Assembly: GCA_001938485.1 (NCBI GenBank)
Contig: MQRK01171752.1
Span: 39,449-90,975 of the forward strand
Source of the DNA: Girardia tigrina
Lineage: Eukaryota
Reading direction: 5' to 3'
Length of the DNA stretch: 51,527 nt
A model generated the notes under the pieces. It saw nothing but the letters and a program-made list of their open reading frames with translations. It searched no databases and was not told where the DNA came from. The position numbers and the translations under genes were made by a program. Positions 49,881 to 51,527 of the stretch are shown piece by piece (position 1 is the first letter of the stretch; each line of letters opens with the position of its first letter).

Positions 49881-51333
49881 GATAAAATATTTTATTATTT
49901 ACTTTAATTTCACAAAAATAATAAATCCATTAAAAATGTTTAAAATGTTGCAATGAATATTTGATGAAATTAGTTCACTTAAACAACGGAAATTTTTGAT
50001 TTGTGAATTTTGAAAAATAAAACTTAAGTTACATTTATTTATAATTGTAATCAATTTTTTTGGTATTGTGTAGTGATGAAATATTTTCTCTAAATTACAT
50101 TAATTTTAGTATACTGAATCCATAAAATGATAATTTTAAAAATGATGAAATAAAAAGTTGAATGACAATTTAATTTATTGAAAATAAACTAGTTAATGTT
50201 TTTTATGTAAAATATTAAAGGATCATTATATGAAAGGTTACATTTTTCGCTTTTGGTCTTTGTTTTTAACTCTTCTTAAAACTAAAAAAAGAGTTTTAAG
50301 AAGAAAACAACAATAAAGTCACTTGTTGTTCCGGAATGTTTATGTTAAATCTTTTATTAAAAAAGTAATAAAGTAAAAAGATTTAGCAACTTTTCAACCC
50401 CCCTTCCCCTCGAGTGATGGATTTAAGTGCGAACGATACTACTGATTGTCATAGAGATGATCAAACTTGTCAATGTAATACATGTTCTATCAAATGTGTG
50501 AGTTCTCTTAACAATTATGGTTACTGCTTTTAAAACATTTACTCATTCAAATGTTAATCCTACGTATATTAAATGCTAATTTCGAACAAACTGATTATTA
50601 TTGTAATAAAATTGTATTTCATCTATATCCCCATCAGATTTTGTCATATTCTTTTTAATTTATTTACTTTTACAAAAGGATGCTCTTTATGCAATTTCAA
50701 AATTTCTGTCGTTGAGAGTTTGTACCATTTGTTTTCATAGGTCGAAGCAGGACATTTCGACGACCCCATTTCGAAGGTAGAAATTATTTTTTTAATTTTT
50801 ATAAAGTAGTATTATTAGATTTGAAATGAAATATTTTTTTCTAAATAAAAATTTTTGAAAATAAAGTGAAATAATTTTTATAAATTAAGATTTTTAGGAA
50901 TAAAGTGATATAATTTCTACAAAAGTTAAATGATGCGACTAATAACGATCAATGAACTTCTTTATTAAAAAAATATATGATAAATGTAAAAAGAAATAAC
51001 TGCTTATAAAGAAAAAATGTATTCTATCACTATAAATAACAGTACAAAAATAAAACGAAAGTAATTAACAAGAAAATCGGTTGATATGATAATTTAATTT
51101 AATAATCTAACGTTATTGGTCGGATCCGGATTCGAATAGTCTGCGTAGTGGGTGATTTGTTAATGATAGTTCGAGTAAATAGTACCGTAGACCAGTGCTT
51201 GGTCGCGCTGCGATTGCCTTGAGCCATACAATAATTAAAAAAAATGAAATTAAATAATTAAATAAAAGGTTAAATTAAATCATTTAAATAAAATTTAATT
51301 AAATTAAAGAATTAAATAAAAATATATAAGTAT

Positions 51334-51527
51334 AGTAGTGTAAAAATGGGCGTTCTCCCTCACTACCCACCCCCCCCAGGAACGATAACCATGGCAACGG
51401 TCACGATCACCCTAGCAACGGTCGCGATCACCCTAGCAACGGTCGCGATCACCCTAGCAACGGTTCCGATCACCCTAGCAACGGTTCCGATCACCCTAGC
51501 AACGGTTCCGGGTCACTTGGTAACGGT
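51334..51527. mobile_element. Probable Polinton/Maverick terminal inverted repeat start (runs off window)
   Basis: Abrupt AT-to-GC transition starting AGTAGT, the typical Polinton terminal trinucleotide repeat, followed by a C-rich tract and a tandem array. Confidence 0.5.
51383..51527 (+). repeat. 21-bp tandem repeat, at least 7 units, consensus CGATCACCCTAGCAACGGT(CG/TC)
   Basis: Units start at 51383, 51404, 51425, 51446, 51467, 51488 and 51509; first and last are divergent. Confidence 0.97.

Noticed and set aside
51383-51527. CRISPR array or telomeric repeat
   Set aside because: Units are head-to-tail with no unique spacers, the context is eukaryotic, and the unit is not a TTAGGG-type repeat.

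Overview
Very AT-rich eukaryotic (invertebrate animal, planarian-like by inference only) genomic DNA with two N gaps. The one convincing host gene is a minus-strand storkhead-box (STOX/ham-1/knockout family) transcription factor gene. I assembled it from a 5-nt ATG exon (49876-49880) and three larger exons (49480-49778, 35025-35282, 20347/20288-20787), with canonical GT-AG sites and matching phases across two ~14.2-kb introns. Its 3' end is uncertain, and exon 2 is absent from the supplied ORF track. The rest is mostly transposon-derived: three mariner lineages, a long-TIR Tc1, a DD35E IS630/Gambol-like element with perfect 100-bp TIRs, rosa/DD41D-like, pogo and hAT relics, and several MITEs. 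Three RT-less Penelope-like (GIY-YIG) copies are each flanked by inverted pseudo-LTRs with minimal hammerhead ribozyme motifs. The window ends in a probable Polinton/Maverick terminus (AGTAGT) carrying a 21-bp tandem array of RFX X-box-like motifs ~1.5 kb upstream of the STOX start codon. All family assignments are from manual motif recognition, not database searches.
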